Below are positions 28,404 to 36,807 of a stretch of DNA of 64,000 nt, one piece after another. The stretch lies in the NCBI GenBank assembly GCA_964599405.1, contig CAZRED010000001.1:75528-139527 (forward strand), written 5' to 3'. The translations under genes and the position numbers were made by a program. The notes below the pieces were generated by a model that saw nothing but the letters and a program-made list of their open reading frames with translations, had not been told where the DNA came from and made no database searches. Origin of the DNA: an uncultured Candidatus Saccharibacteria bacterium (GTDB lineage Bacteria; Patescibacteriota; UBA1384; 2-12-FULL-50-11). Numbering within the stretch: position 1 is the first letter of the stretch; each line of letters starts with the position of its first letter.

Positions 28404-28901
28404 TTGCGGTTAATGCCACAGAAGCTCGATCAATACCGCGACCCAATCCTGGCTACCAATGAAAAAGTGATCGGTTTTTACGAGCGCGAATTTTATGTTT
28501 TTTCTAATTTCTCTAGTTTCCAGGTGGAGTGGCGGGGACGGCTTTGGCCAACGTCTGAACACGCTTTCCAGGCCGCCCATTTTTTCGACACTGCGCCGGA
28601 GCTGGTTGAACAAATTTTTAATGCCCGTTCCGCCCACGATGCTTTTAAAATCGCTAAAGCCAACGGCGACAAAGCGCCGAAGAATTGGGAAGAAATCAAA
28701 GTTGGGATTATGGAAGATATCTGCCGCCACAAACTCCTGCAACACCCTTACGTCGAAAAGAAGCTCCGCCAAACCAAAGACTGGCCGCTCGTGGAAGACT
28801 CGCCGAGCGATCCTTGCTGGGGTTGGGGTAAAGACCGGAAAGGCCGTAACGAACTCGGCAAGGTTTGGATGCGTCTGCGCGACGAACTCAATAAAAAGTA
28901 A
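28404..28901 (+). CDS. NADAR-domain protein (YbiA/DUF1768-like)
   Basis: FYVFSNFS...WPTSEHAFQAAHFFD NADAR signature; 165 aa. Confidence 0.65.
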   Translation: MRLMPQKLDQYRDPILATNEKVIGFYEREFYVFSNFSSFQVEWRGRLWPTSEHAFQAAHFFDTAPELVEQIFNARSAHDAFKIAKANGDKAPKNWEEIKVGIMEDICRHKLLQHPYVEKKLRQTKDWPLVEDSPSDPCWGWGKDRKGRNELGKVWMRLRDELNKK

Positions 28902-28933
28902 TTTCCAGCGGGTGGATACAATAAGGTGGCGAA

Positions 28934-29341
28934 CTAGCTTTTAGAGTGATGTTCCAACCAGCTGGCAATTTCTGGTAGTGCTACTTGTTTGCTTGCTACT
29001 TTCATCACAAATTGTTCTGCTTCTTGATTGGAAGCTGTCAGCTTAAAACCGTTGATAAATAAAAACCGAGCAACGCTAGCCAAGCCGGTGCGTTTATTGC
29101 CGTCAACGAAGATTTGATACGCCGCAAAACTTTCCAGATAGGTCGCGGCTTTGAGAAAAACTGTCGGGAATTGTTCTTCACCAAATACCGCTGACTTTGG
29201 TCTTTCGGCAGTTGATAGAAATAAGTTCATATCACGGACACCATGAGATCCACCAACTTTTTCGATGATTTGGTGATGGATATACAATATCTCCTCGCCA
29301 GTCAGATAGCGCGCCTGGCGATTACTTTTTGGCAAGCTCAT
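28934..29341 (-). CDS. doc: Doc/Fic-family toxin
   Basis: FVDGNKRTG Fic/Doc motif; start moved to MSLPKSNRQARYL (ORF-track N-extension unlikely). Confidence 0.7.
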   Translation of the reverse strand: MSLPKSNRQARYLTGEEILYIHHQIIEKVGGSHGVRDMNLFLSTAERPKSAVFGEEQFPTVFLKAATYLESFAAYQIFVDGNKRTGLASVARFLFINGFKLTASNQEAEQFVMKVASKQVALPEIASWLEHHSKS

Positions 29342-29531
29342 CAAGTGCCGGTCGGTACTGGTCAATGAACTTATTTGTCCACTCGTGTAGCTCTGGGCTA
29401 ATGACAGTTTTGGCTGGTTTTTTGACGATAACCTCAACCTGGTCGCCCACGGTGACGTTCAGTTTTTTCAGCTCGCTTTTAGGAATAATTACTCCTGTTG
29501 AACTGCCGATCTTGATCAGTTTTTGAGTCAT
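29322..29531 (-). CDS. AbrB/MazE-fold antitoxin (Phd-like partner of Doc)
   Basis: MTQKLIKIGSSTGVIIPKSELKKLNVTVGD; 20-nt overlap with doc. Confidence 0.65.
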   Translation of the reverse strand: MTQKLIKIGSSTGVIIPKSELKKLNVTVGDQVEVIVKKPAKTVISPELHEWTNKFIDQYRPALDELAKK

Positions 29532-29565
29532 GTTTCGATTATAACTTTATAATAATAATCGTCAA
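29529..29565 (-). promoter_or_regulatory. leaderless promoter TTGACG-16-TATAAT-6 nt-ATG for the antitoxin gene
   Basis: Minus strand: TTGACG (plus 29560-29565), TATAAT (plus 29538-29543), ATG at 29531. Confidence 0.55.
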
Positions 29566-29666
29566 TGTGAAAAACTTCCGGCGGGTGGGGTTGAGGTGGA
29601 GGGGTTCATTTTTCGCTGTTTTTCGGTTATACTCTTCGCAACGCACTTTCAATTGGTAAAAAACAA

Positions 29667-30284
29667 ATGGACAGAAAATTCACTCAGACCGAGCTTGAAG
29701 AAGCTTTTCCGGTTTTATTCGGAGAAGTGACGAAGACATTTCACAACAACGCCCAGATCGACAACTGGCCACGCGCTCTGTGGCTGTTTTCATCTATAAT
29801 GATGTTCGCCGCATTTCTCATCTACTTGACTATAGTGCTTACGAAGCCGAATGCGGATATTTGGGATGTTGTCTTGGTTAATGGCACAGGCATTCTCACT
29901 GTATCCAGCTTCTTTTTGTTTCTGTTTGGTGACGAGGACACATCCAGTAAGCACTACCTGGAGCGGAAATACTTGCACCTGGTTGAAGACACCGAAGCAT
30001 ATGATCTTCTTCTGGAAGCGTTGAACAATCGGAAGAAAGGGGTTGTGAGGGGACTTGGTGGCAAGAAGAAAACGGAAGAATATCTGCGCAAGCTCTGGAT
30101 TACGGCGTTCGATGAGGCTAGGTTGCTGGTAGCGGAGCCAATCCTGGGTAAACCCGCAGAACAGCCGATTGCCGATCGCGTCAGGGAGCATCTCCAGCTA
30201 CACGACCAAGCACGCGAACAAGCGATAGACGAGGTTTACAACCGCTCACCGGAGGTTACCGATGACCTGCACCAACAGAACTAG
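29667..30284 (+). CDS. two-TM membrane protein with charged C-terminal domain
   Basis: 205 aa. Confidence 0.5.
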   Translation: MDRKFTQTELEEAFPVLFGEVTKTFHNNAQIDNWPRALWLFSSIMMFAAFLIYLTIVLTKPNADIWDVVLVNGTGILTVSSFFLFLFGDEDTSSKHYLERKYLHLVEDTEAYDLLLEALNNRKKGVVRGLGGKKKTEEYLRKLWITAFDEARLLVAEPILGKPAEQPIADRVREHLQLHDQAREQAIDEVYNRSPEVTDDLHQQN

Positions 30285-30401
30285 ACCTGGACCGCACGAC
30301 CTGAAAAGGTACGGCGGTTTTTTTCTTTTGCCTGTGGAAAAGCCCGCCCTGAGCTTGTCGAAGGGTCAACGGCCAGCGGGTGGGTTCATTATAAAATGTT
30401 T

Positions 30402-30432
30402 AGAGCCGCCCCATCGGGGCGGCTCTGTTTTG
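30402..30432 (+). terminator. rho-independent terminator
   Basis: AGAGCCGCCCCatcGGGGCGGCTCT then GTTTT. Confidence 0.8.
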
Positions 30433-30480
30433 CGCAGGATATTCACATAGGTTTGGATGTAAGCACGGGATCTATCGAGC

Positions 30481-31449
30481 TTAAACGGCTACCTCCTGGA
30501 AATCATGACAGGCAAAGACCTGTGTCTCGCCGTCACGGTTCAGGCAGGTGTCTTGAGCGCAATTTCGAGCGTCGCTCTCAATCGCCTCAATCATCTCGTC
30601 GGTGGCTCGCGGGTCGTGGTGCGTCAGTCCTAAGACTTTCGCTCCAATCTCGCAAGCTGTCCGAACACAGTAGTCTGGTGTGCCATGCCCATAGCCGGCT
30701 GTCTTGGTATTGTAGGTTTCGCGGTCGTACTGCGAATCCATCACCAAGAAATCGGCCTCCTTGAGGTGTGACTTCATTCGGGCAGGCATTTGGTCAAGAT
30801 TCTCGTGATCGGTTAGAAAAACGAAAACCTTACCTGTTGGTCGCTCTTCAAAACGATACGAAATCGTCCGTTCCGGGTGATTGGTGTAGTACATTCGCAC
30901 CACCAAACACTCGGAGATGTTGTAGTGGCCCCCTCTGATCTTGATTTGGCTCGGGGTCTTTCCCTGAACGCCATCAAGCTCCTCAATTGCCACTTTCTTC
31001 ATACCGCCCTCCGGGTGGAACACCAGGACAACAGCAGATGGAACTGTGATTCGGATCGGCCGAAATCGCTGCGCGATTTCGGTGAAGTTGACTGGGTGAA
31101 ACGGGGTGCGCATAACGTACTCGAAAGCCTTGCGAGGATCGTAACCCTCCTCGACCGGTCCGTAGACGTTAAAGCGCATCGATGGCGAGTAGATTGCTGG
31201 ACACAGCAGGAGCCCTTGAGTGTGATCGTGATGATAGTGAGTCATCAACAGATGTGTCTCGGTGATCTTTTCCTTAAGCAGCTGGTCTCCGAGTGGAAAC
31301 AAGCCGCTACCGGCATCAATCACGAGGGCGTTGTCCAGCGGTAGACATTGCGACTCAACCCGCAAGCAGGTGGTGTTACCACCGTACTTGAGAAAGTCTT
31401 GGCCGCTAACGGGGATTGAACCCCTGGTTCCGTAGAAGGTGATCTTCAT
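30481..31449 (-). CDS. MBL-fold metallo-hydrolase
   Basis: THYHHDH metal-binding motif; 322 aa; GGAG SD. Confidence 0.7.
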   Translation of the reverse strand: MKITFYGTRGSIPVSGQDFLKYGGNTTCLRVESQCLPLDNALVIDAGSGLFPLGDQLLKEKITETHLLMTHYHHDHTQGLLLCPAIYSPSMRFNVYGPVEEGYDPRKAFEYVMRTPFHPVNFTEIAQRFRPIRITVPSAVVLVFHPEGGMKKVAIEELDGVQGKTPSQIKIRGGHYNISECLVVRMYYTNHPERTISYRFEERPTGKVFVFLTDHENLDQMPARMKSHLKEADFLVMDSQYDRETYNTKTAGYGHGTPDYCVRTACEIGAKVLGLTHHDPRATDEMIEAIESDARNCAQDTCLNRDGETQVFACHDFQEVAV

Positions 31450-31582
31450 GGTTTTCTCCGTCGCGTCTTACAGCAACCAAAGAGCCATGTGAAGGTGCGC
31501 AATTCGCCGCAAGTATATACCTTAAAAACAGGAATAACTATGAAAACTTACAAAAATAACGACGGGTGGGGTTGAAGTATAG

Positions 31583-31610
31583 AAAAAGCGGCGGGGAAAA
31601 CCCGCCGCAA
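31583..31610 (-). terminator. rho-independent terminator for 31630..32016
   Basis: Minus strand GCGGCGGGttttCCCCGCCGC then TTTTTCT. Confidence 0.75.
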
Positions 31611-31629
31611 TTCGAATGCTGCCTGCAGT

Positions 31630-32016
31630 TCAGTCCAGAAGCCTGAACTCGACGTCAAAGTCGTGCCGAACACTCCCCACGAACCCGACCAGCTTGAGTT
31701 TCCCGTCTGCATCCAGCCGTATGCGCATGGATGTTAGCTTGTCGTCAAACTCCTTTCCCACTGACATGAGCGGTTCGGTAACAGGTGTGATGGTGACGAA
31801 GTGGGGCCTGTCCTCATCAGGAGGATTGGCGGAAACAGACGCGATCGTTCCATAGAGCTCACACGGCAGATGGGTTCTTGGCTTTCCGTATCTGTTGTAT
31901 ATCTCCATGTGGAACTTTTTGCCGATTAGATCCTCAGGCATCAGACCGTCAAACTTGTCAGAAACAAGCTTTCTAGTCAGAGCCACCGATCCTTTATCAG
32001 AAAGTACGCTGAGCAT
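31630..32016 (-). CDS. hypothetical protein (island gene)
   Basis: Start moved to MLSVLSDKGS; the ORF-track TTG start coincides with the -35 TTGACT. Confidence 0.5.
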   Translation of the reverse strand: MLSVLSDKGSVALTRKLVSDKFDGLMPEDLIGKKFHMEIYNRYGKPRTHLPCELYGTIASVSANPPDEDRPHFVTITPVTEPLMSVGKEFDDKLTSMRIRLDADGKLKLVGFVGSVRHDFDVEFRLLD

Positions 32017-32052
32017 ACTGCGAAATATATTACTTTTCTCGAGAAAAGTCAA
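32014..32052 (-). promoter_or_regulatory. second copy of leaderless promoter cassette TTGACT-17-TATATT-7 nt-ATG with XhoI-centred palindrome
   Basis: Minus strand: TTGACT (plus 32047-32052), TATATT (plus 32024-32029), ATG at 32016. Near-identical to 28288-28326. Confidence 0.6.
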
Positions 32053-32096
32053 GGGTTAGAACCGCAATTTTGCCTGTGGAAAAGTCGTTGTCTAAC

Positions 32097-32126
32097 CTTG
32101 ACTTTTTCTTGGTTTACAGGTATAAT
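32097..32126 (+). promoter_or_regulatory. sigma70-like promoter TTGACT-17-TATAAT for 32142..32375
   Basis: cTTGACTttttcttggtttacaggTATAAT. Confidence 0.65.
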
Positions 32127-32141
32127 TCTCTCGTCACTTAG

Positions 32142-32375
32142 GTGGCTGGAGGAAGTGTGAGAACCCTAACAATCATCGCGTCGCACGACGAACAAACCGA
32201 GTACTTGCACAACGTCTTAAAAGAAGGCGGCTGCAATACCTTTCCGGAATACGAGGGTGAATGTCCAAGCTGCAAAAACATCCTCAGATCCAACCTTACT
32301 GAAGTTAACTGCCCTGGTTTTGGTTGCGATGGTCTTGAGCCAGTCAGACTGGAACACAAACACAGATTCGGCTAG
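32142..32375 (+). CDS. small zinc-ribbon protein
   Basis: 77 aa, GTG start; CPSC...CPGFGC. Confidence 0.45.
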   Translation: MAGGSVRTLTIIASHDEQTEYLHNVLKEGGCNTFPEYEGECPSCKNILRSNLTEVNCPGFGCDGLEPVRLEHKHRFG

Positions 32376-32390
32376 AGCAACTTCTTGAAC

Positions 32391-32425
32391 GGGCGCGGCG
32401 AAAGCCGCGCCCTTCTCTTTTTCTG
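32391..32425 (+). terminator. rho-independent terminator
   Basis: GGGCGCGGCgaaaGCCGCGCCC then TTCTCTTTTTCT. Confidence 0.8.
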
Positions 32426-32445
32426 TAAAAAAGCCAATCTCACAG

Positions 32446-32465
32446 ATATACGTTAAAACATATAC
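32446..32465. promoter_or_regulatory. variant copy of ATATACGTTTAAACATATAT palindrome
   Basis: ATATACGTTAAAACATATAC. Confidence 0.45.
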
Positions 32466-32525
32466 GAGGGGTTAGAAGATAAAGTAAAAACCGTGAATGA
32501 CCCATACGCCCGGGTTGTTCGTCTT

Positions 32526-33305
32526 TTATGGTCGGAGAGTCCCGGCAAAGACCTGCCAGGCCAGTAAGCTCTTGGCGACAAGTGAAAGAATAATATACGC
32601 CCGTTCGCCGTAGAGATAATCCGCCCATTTACCGATCTTTTTGTACTGGAGGGTCATATTGATAGCAAAACAGTTGAAGAAAACGAAGATCGAAACGTAA
32701 ATCCAGTAAACAAACGTTGGGATATCGCCGGAGCCGTAGCGACTAGCCGCCCAAAACCAAATTGCCACCACCAACCACGGGATTACCCCGGCAAACGTCC
32801 CCAACTTAAAGGCCAACCAATTGGGTTTTTGGCCGCTCTCTAATGTGCCTTGGTTGTATATTTCCATTGCCAGGCCAGTGAGATTCATGATTGCCACTAA
32901 GGCAAAAATCATCAGCAAACTCGTCAGGTCATAGATCCCCACCAACATAGCAATGGCCACCATCATGACTGAAGCCGAGACGCTGTACTCCCACCACCGG
33001 GCCTTATTGACGCCCCTAAGCAGGTTGGCGTTGTAACTGCGATTGTAAACAGTGGCAATAATCAGGTGGGCCAGGGCGGAGATTGCCAGAAATCCCGCTA
33101 CCAGCCAGACCAGAGGCATATTAAACAGTGTCTCACTAGCTGGGATCAGCGATTGGCTAGCGATATCAAAGCGCAAGAAACCGACATTAACCGGCAAGGA
33201 AAAATCAGCGCTCAAATATACAATCGCCGCCGCCTGCAGTGCATGCAGCAGTGCCATAACCAAATTGAACTTACGTAGCTTTGCTAATCTAACGTCTTGC
33301 TCCAT
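32526..33305 (-). CDS. heliorhodopsin (7-TM retinal protein)
   Basis: Full-length collinearity with heliorhodopsin: FNLVMALLHALQ, RWWEYSVSASVMMV (E counterion), GVIPW, KWADYLYGERAYIILSLVAKSLLAWQ (Schiff-base Lys). Confidence 0.8.
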   Translation of the reverse strand: MEQDVRLAKLRKFNLVMALLHALQAAAIVYLSADFSLPVNVGFLRFDIASQSLIPASETLFNMPLVWLVAGFLAISALAHLIIATVYNRSYNANLLRGVNKARWWEYSVSASVMMVAIAMLVGIYDLTSLLMIFALVAIMNLTGLAMEIYNQGTLESGQKPNWLAFKLGTFAGVIPWLVVAIWFWAASRYGSGDIPTFVYWIYVSIFVFFNCFAINMTLQYKKIGKWADYLYGERAYIILSLVAKSLLAWQVFAGTLRP

Positions 33306-33484
33306 CGCCCCTCCTCCATTTATTTAACGATACCGCAATCCGCCAACGCAACAAGCAATATCAAACCAAACGCTAGGCAGGGAGTGGAATTTCTCTTTAG
33401 TTAGTTGGTTAGTTCGGGTTTTTCTTCTATGTGTTTGTCAGTAGTCATTATGGTGTTCTAGCAGTATTAGCGAAGCGTCAGAGT

Positions 33485-34000
33485 TAGAAAGTTAGTTATA
33501 TATTTATAAAGAACTCCCCTTTTTCCATTTCCATACCTTAAAGATAGTCATATTTTGGTGCAACTGCTGCACCAGTTCAAAGCCGGGGTTACAAAGCTTA
33601 GTTATATATTTATAGAGACTCCACTTTGGCGATTGTACTTACCTGTTAGAGCGATCTTTTTTGTCTCAGCTGCTGAGACGTTTTGTTAGATGAAACTAAT
33701 GAGTACTAAGTGGTGTAGATATGTATAGAAAGTGTAGTGATTTTTATTGATGAAGCTGTGAATGTCTTGGAAGTGGTATCAGGCCGGATGTTTCTTAGTA
33801 TATATATTAATAAAGACTCTACTTTTTCTTTCAGTTAACCAGGAAATTGAACGAATTTAGGAGCAACAGCTGCTCTTTTTGGGTAGCGAAGCCGAACATT
33901 AGCAGGGGGTCAGTAATATATATAAAGAGTAGTGAATTTTGTTTACTAAACCTGCAAAGATCGGCTTTTCGGTATCAGGCCTGATACCGGTGTCTCCAGG
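33485..34000 (+). repeat. tandem array of 5 degenerate ~105-bp units, each with AT-rich TATAAAG box and downstream hairpin
   Basis: TATA(A/G)AG boxes at 33505, 33611, 33723, 33809, 33921. Hairpins 50-52 nt downstream: GGTGCAactgcTGCACC (33557), GTCTCAGCtgcTGAGAC+GTTTTG (33663), GAGCAacagcTGCTC+TTTTTG (33859), GGTATCAGGccTGATACC (33972). Confidence 0.6.
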
Positions 34001-34153
34001 TAATTAATTGGCGTGCAGTGACGGTATACTTACGAAATAAATCGCTACTCCAACCGCCGCCAGAATTATCGCTACCCACCAAACTGGATTCATGGTTTTA
34101 GTTTAGCAAAAACGGTAGTACCCAACGAATAATCGCTTGTATAGTGGAAGAGT

Positions 34154-35884
34154 CTACGTAGTATCAGTAAAACATACGTTGTAGATCTCGTCGCCCAAAT
34201 CTTTCCAATGACTAGATTTATAATTGAAGGTTTCCGTGGAGAAATCTATTTTTCCAGAAAGTTTACTAAAGCCCTTATCATAGTAAGCGAAGCCATTCAC
34301 CTTATTATTCTCGATCAATATACGCATACAATGAATCAAGCCAGTAATCGTAGTCACGGTCAGCGCTCGGCTAACCTTCTGCTTAGTGGTCCACATATCG
34401 TTCGGTATTTGGTTCTTGAATGCTTTAAGAAACTCATTTATTTCTTTAGTGCAAAATTCTACGTATTCATTTAATAGGGCAGTATCTTTACCGTCTCTAA
34501 GCTCACTCTTTTTCCCTTCACTCCAAACATTAAAAAGCGTGTCCTTCCCTGAAAGCTTAACTACGTGCCTTACTCCGTAGGAAACTATAGATGTTGTTTT
34601 TAGCTTACCCTTGTCGAAAAAGTGTCTTTCGAGAACTTTATCCATTGGGTCAAGCTCAGCAAGTTTATTCATTACCTTCTTGGCTATAGATACCTCGTCG
34701 AACGGATTTACTATTGTATTAATTACTTGACGGAGAGACCCACTGGTTCTTGTCTGTCTATCATTAATTTCTAAAAATAGCTTCGCTTCAAACCTTCCTC
34801 GGTCTTCGAGAGATAGGTCGCTAGGGAAGACAATACCCGTAATCAAAAGGTGCTGCTTATCTCTTAAACTACTAATGTGCGTGTCATGTGCATCATCACC
34901 TTCATGGTATGAAAATACCCTATGTTGTCCGTCGATAATCCCAATGTTCCCGGCAACCTTTGGGATCCTAATTTTTATAGGATCCTTCATTACCCCTGTA
35001 CTTATTGGGAGATTTATCCGGTCGTTACTTTCATACTCAAGAAGTTGTAAGTCATTAGGTAAAGAGACGATGATATTATTTACGAATACCCGACCCTCAC
35101 TAGCAAGGTACTTACGCATATTACGTATTTTGTTACCGAGGATAATTCTTTGATAAACAAAGTCACTATCTTGCCAACCATCCCTTCTCAGTACATAAGC
35201 TTGCTTTAATAAGGTGTTTGGGTCAATTAGAAAAGATACCAGGTTATGCCCACTTGGAAAGCCACTCGGAGTTTCTGGAAGAATAAGGCCAACATAATCA
35301 TCCCCCGGAGAGCCGCTATTCTGTGGCCCTATCTCCTCAAATCCAACCCCGATAAATTTAAATAGTTCGAATCTTGCAGATCTTTTAATCGTTTTTGAGA
35401 GGCTTAAGAAATAACTACGTGACTTGTAATCCATAAAATGAAGGTGCTGATAACGATCTCTAAGTGACTGAGTTACCTCTTCGTGCGAAACATATAAGAA
35501 TGCTAACTTAATATCATGACTAGCGTAGCCCGCGGTAGAATTTTTCCCGTAATTTGGGATTTTGCTCTTAAAAAGCTCAATTAAGTCATTTTGGTTGTTC
35601 TTGCAGTTAGTAAAGAACTCAGCTTTCTTCCGAAGGTGATCAGTATCACTTGTTGTAGTATCCTCTACGATAAGAATAAGGTTCTCGAAAACAAAAACAT
35701 TATCTAGATCGCTTTCTTGTCCACATAGATTAATTTTAAAGTCTTCGGCGACTGCCATAAATCCCATATTGCTAAAGGTAGTGCGTACGTCCCTTCTAAT
35801 TTTTCTCTTAAGGCCTAATCTTTCACTGTCTGATAGGTTAGGCATATTATTTATTGTCTTGATGCATAATTCTCTTATACCCAA
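34154..35884 (-). CDS. DGQHR-domain (DndB-like, ParB/Srx fold) protein
   Basis: GIIDGQHRV at aa 318-322, codons verified at 34919-34933. 576 aa with about 220 aa N-terminal domain of unknown function. Overlaps upstream MTase stop. Confidence 0.7.
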   Translation of the reverse strand: MGIRELCIKTINNMPNLSDSERLGLKRKIRRDVRTTFSNMGFMAVAEDFKINLCGQESDLDNVFVFENLILIVEDTTTSDTDHLRKKAEFFTNCKNNQNDLIELFKSKIPNYGKNSTAGYASHDIKLAFLYVSHEEVTQSLRDRYQHLHFMDYKSRSYFLSLSKTIKRSARFELFKFIGVGFEEIGPQNSGSPGDDYVGLILPETPSGFPSGHNLVSFLIDPNTLLKQAYVLRRDGWQDSDFVYQRIILGNKIRNMRKYLASEGRVFVNNIIVSLPNDLQLLEYESNDRINLPISTGVMKDPIKIRIPKVAGNIGIIDGQHRVFSYHEGDDAHDTHISSLRDKQHLLITGIVFPSDLSLEDRGRFEAKLFLEINDRQTRTSGSLRQVINTIVNPFDEVSIAKKVMNKLAELDPMDKVLERHFFDKGKLKTTSIVSYGVRHVVKLSGKDTLFNVWSEGKKSELRDGKDTALLNEYVEFCTKEINEFLKAFKNQIPNDMWTTKQKVSRALTVTTITGLIHCMRILIENNKVNGFAYYDKGFSKLSGKIDFSTETFNYKSSHWKDLGDEIYNVCFTDTT

Positions 35885-36770
35885 ACTTCAAATATTTTTT
35901 ATTAAGCTCTGCCCCCACTGAGTTTCTGCCCTGCTTTTCGGCAGCGACAGAGGTAGTAAACGTACCAGCGAAGGGGTCGAAAATCGTATCTCCCTTATTG
36001 CTACTCACTTTTATAAAGAGCTCTAGCAAATTCAGTGGCAGTTGGCATGGATGGTCTTTCTCCTTCAGCTCGCCCGGCTCCATGGACCGAAACTTATTTC
36101 CAAGGTTCCGAACTCGATCCTTGGAATTATTCTTCATCATGTGCATATCTATAGTATCGATTAGGCCATCTTGTAGCTCTATCAGATCAAGGAACCTTAA
36201 TAAGTCGTATGAGGTTCTGCCCTTAGATCCTTCTGCGATACGTTTCCGTACTACTGGCGCGGTTGGATTTTTATAGTGCTGTACTAAATTTTCTCTATTG
36301 AAGACATAGCCCTTCGTTGACTTAGTAAAAAATAAAACAGACCTCTGGCTTCGCGTATAATTATTTTTTGAATGCCCAATATTTGTGGGGTAGTGCCATG
36401 TAATCCATCTCCGGTAATTAAGACCTAGCTCATCTTGAAGATAGGGCAGAAGGCGGGCATTAATCTCGGGGTAACTAATTAGGTAGAAGCTCCCCTTGTC
36501 ACTTAAGATTCTTGGGATATCGCGCAATTTGGCTTCTAGCCAGGCATAATACTCCTTCCAGGACTTGGAGTCGTCAAAGCTACCATAGTCGAGCCCCATA
36601 TTGTAGGGAGGATCCGTAATAATGAGGTCTATACTTTTACTAGGGATCTGACTGATTATCTGTTCGCAATCACCTAGCACGAGGATGTGTCCTGTTTTTT
36701 CTTTCTCAATAAAGTCAAAGGCAAAGCCTTGCTTGCTTATAGGTTTGAGGATAGATTTTATATTCCTCAT
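35847..36770 (-). CDS. DNA methyltransferase (beta class, DPPY; N4-C or N6-A)
   Basis: LIITDPPYNMG motif IV, N6_N4_Mtase-like; 307 aa. Confidence 0.75.
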   Translation of the reverse strand: MRNIKSILKPISKQGFAFDFIEKEKTGHILVLGDCEQIISQIPSKSIDLIITDPPYNMGLDYGSFDDSKSWKEYYAWLEAKLRDIPRILSDKGSFYLISYPEINARLLPYLQDELGLNYRRWITWHYPTNIGHSKNNYTRSQRSVLFFTKSTKGYVFNRENLVQHYKNPTAPVVRKRIAEGSKGRTSYDLLRFLDLIELQDGLIDTIDMHMMKNNSKDRVRNLGNKFRSMEPGELKEKDHPCQLPLNLLELFIKVSSNKGDTIFDPFAGTFTTSVAAEKQGRNSVGAELNKKYLKFGYKRIMHQDNK

Positions 36771-36807
36771 AAGCCTATTCTATACAAATATTCTCGAAAA
36801 GAAGTGA

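Noticed and set aside
31630-32052. ORF-track start codons (TTG) of 31630..32052 and 27625..28326
   Set aside because: The TTG start is the TTGACT -35 hexamer of the duplicated promoter cassette. The in-frame ATG 7 nt after the -10 is the likely true start.
33485-34000. Possible CRISPR array
   Set aside because: The repeats are degenerate (many mismatches between copies) and about 25-30 bp within units of about 105 bp of irregular period. There are no unique spacers and no cas genes nearby. Better explained as tandem promoter-hairpin units.
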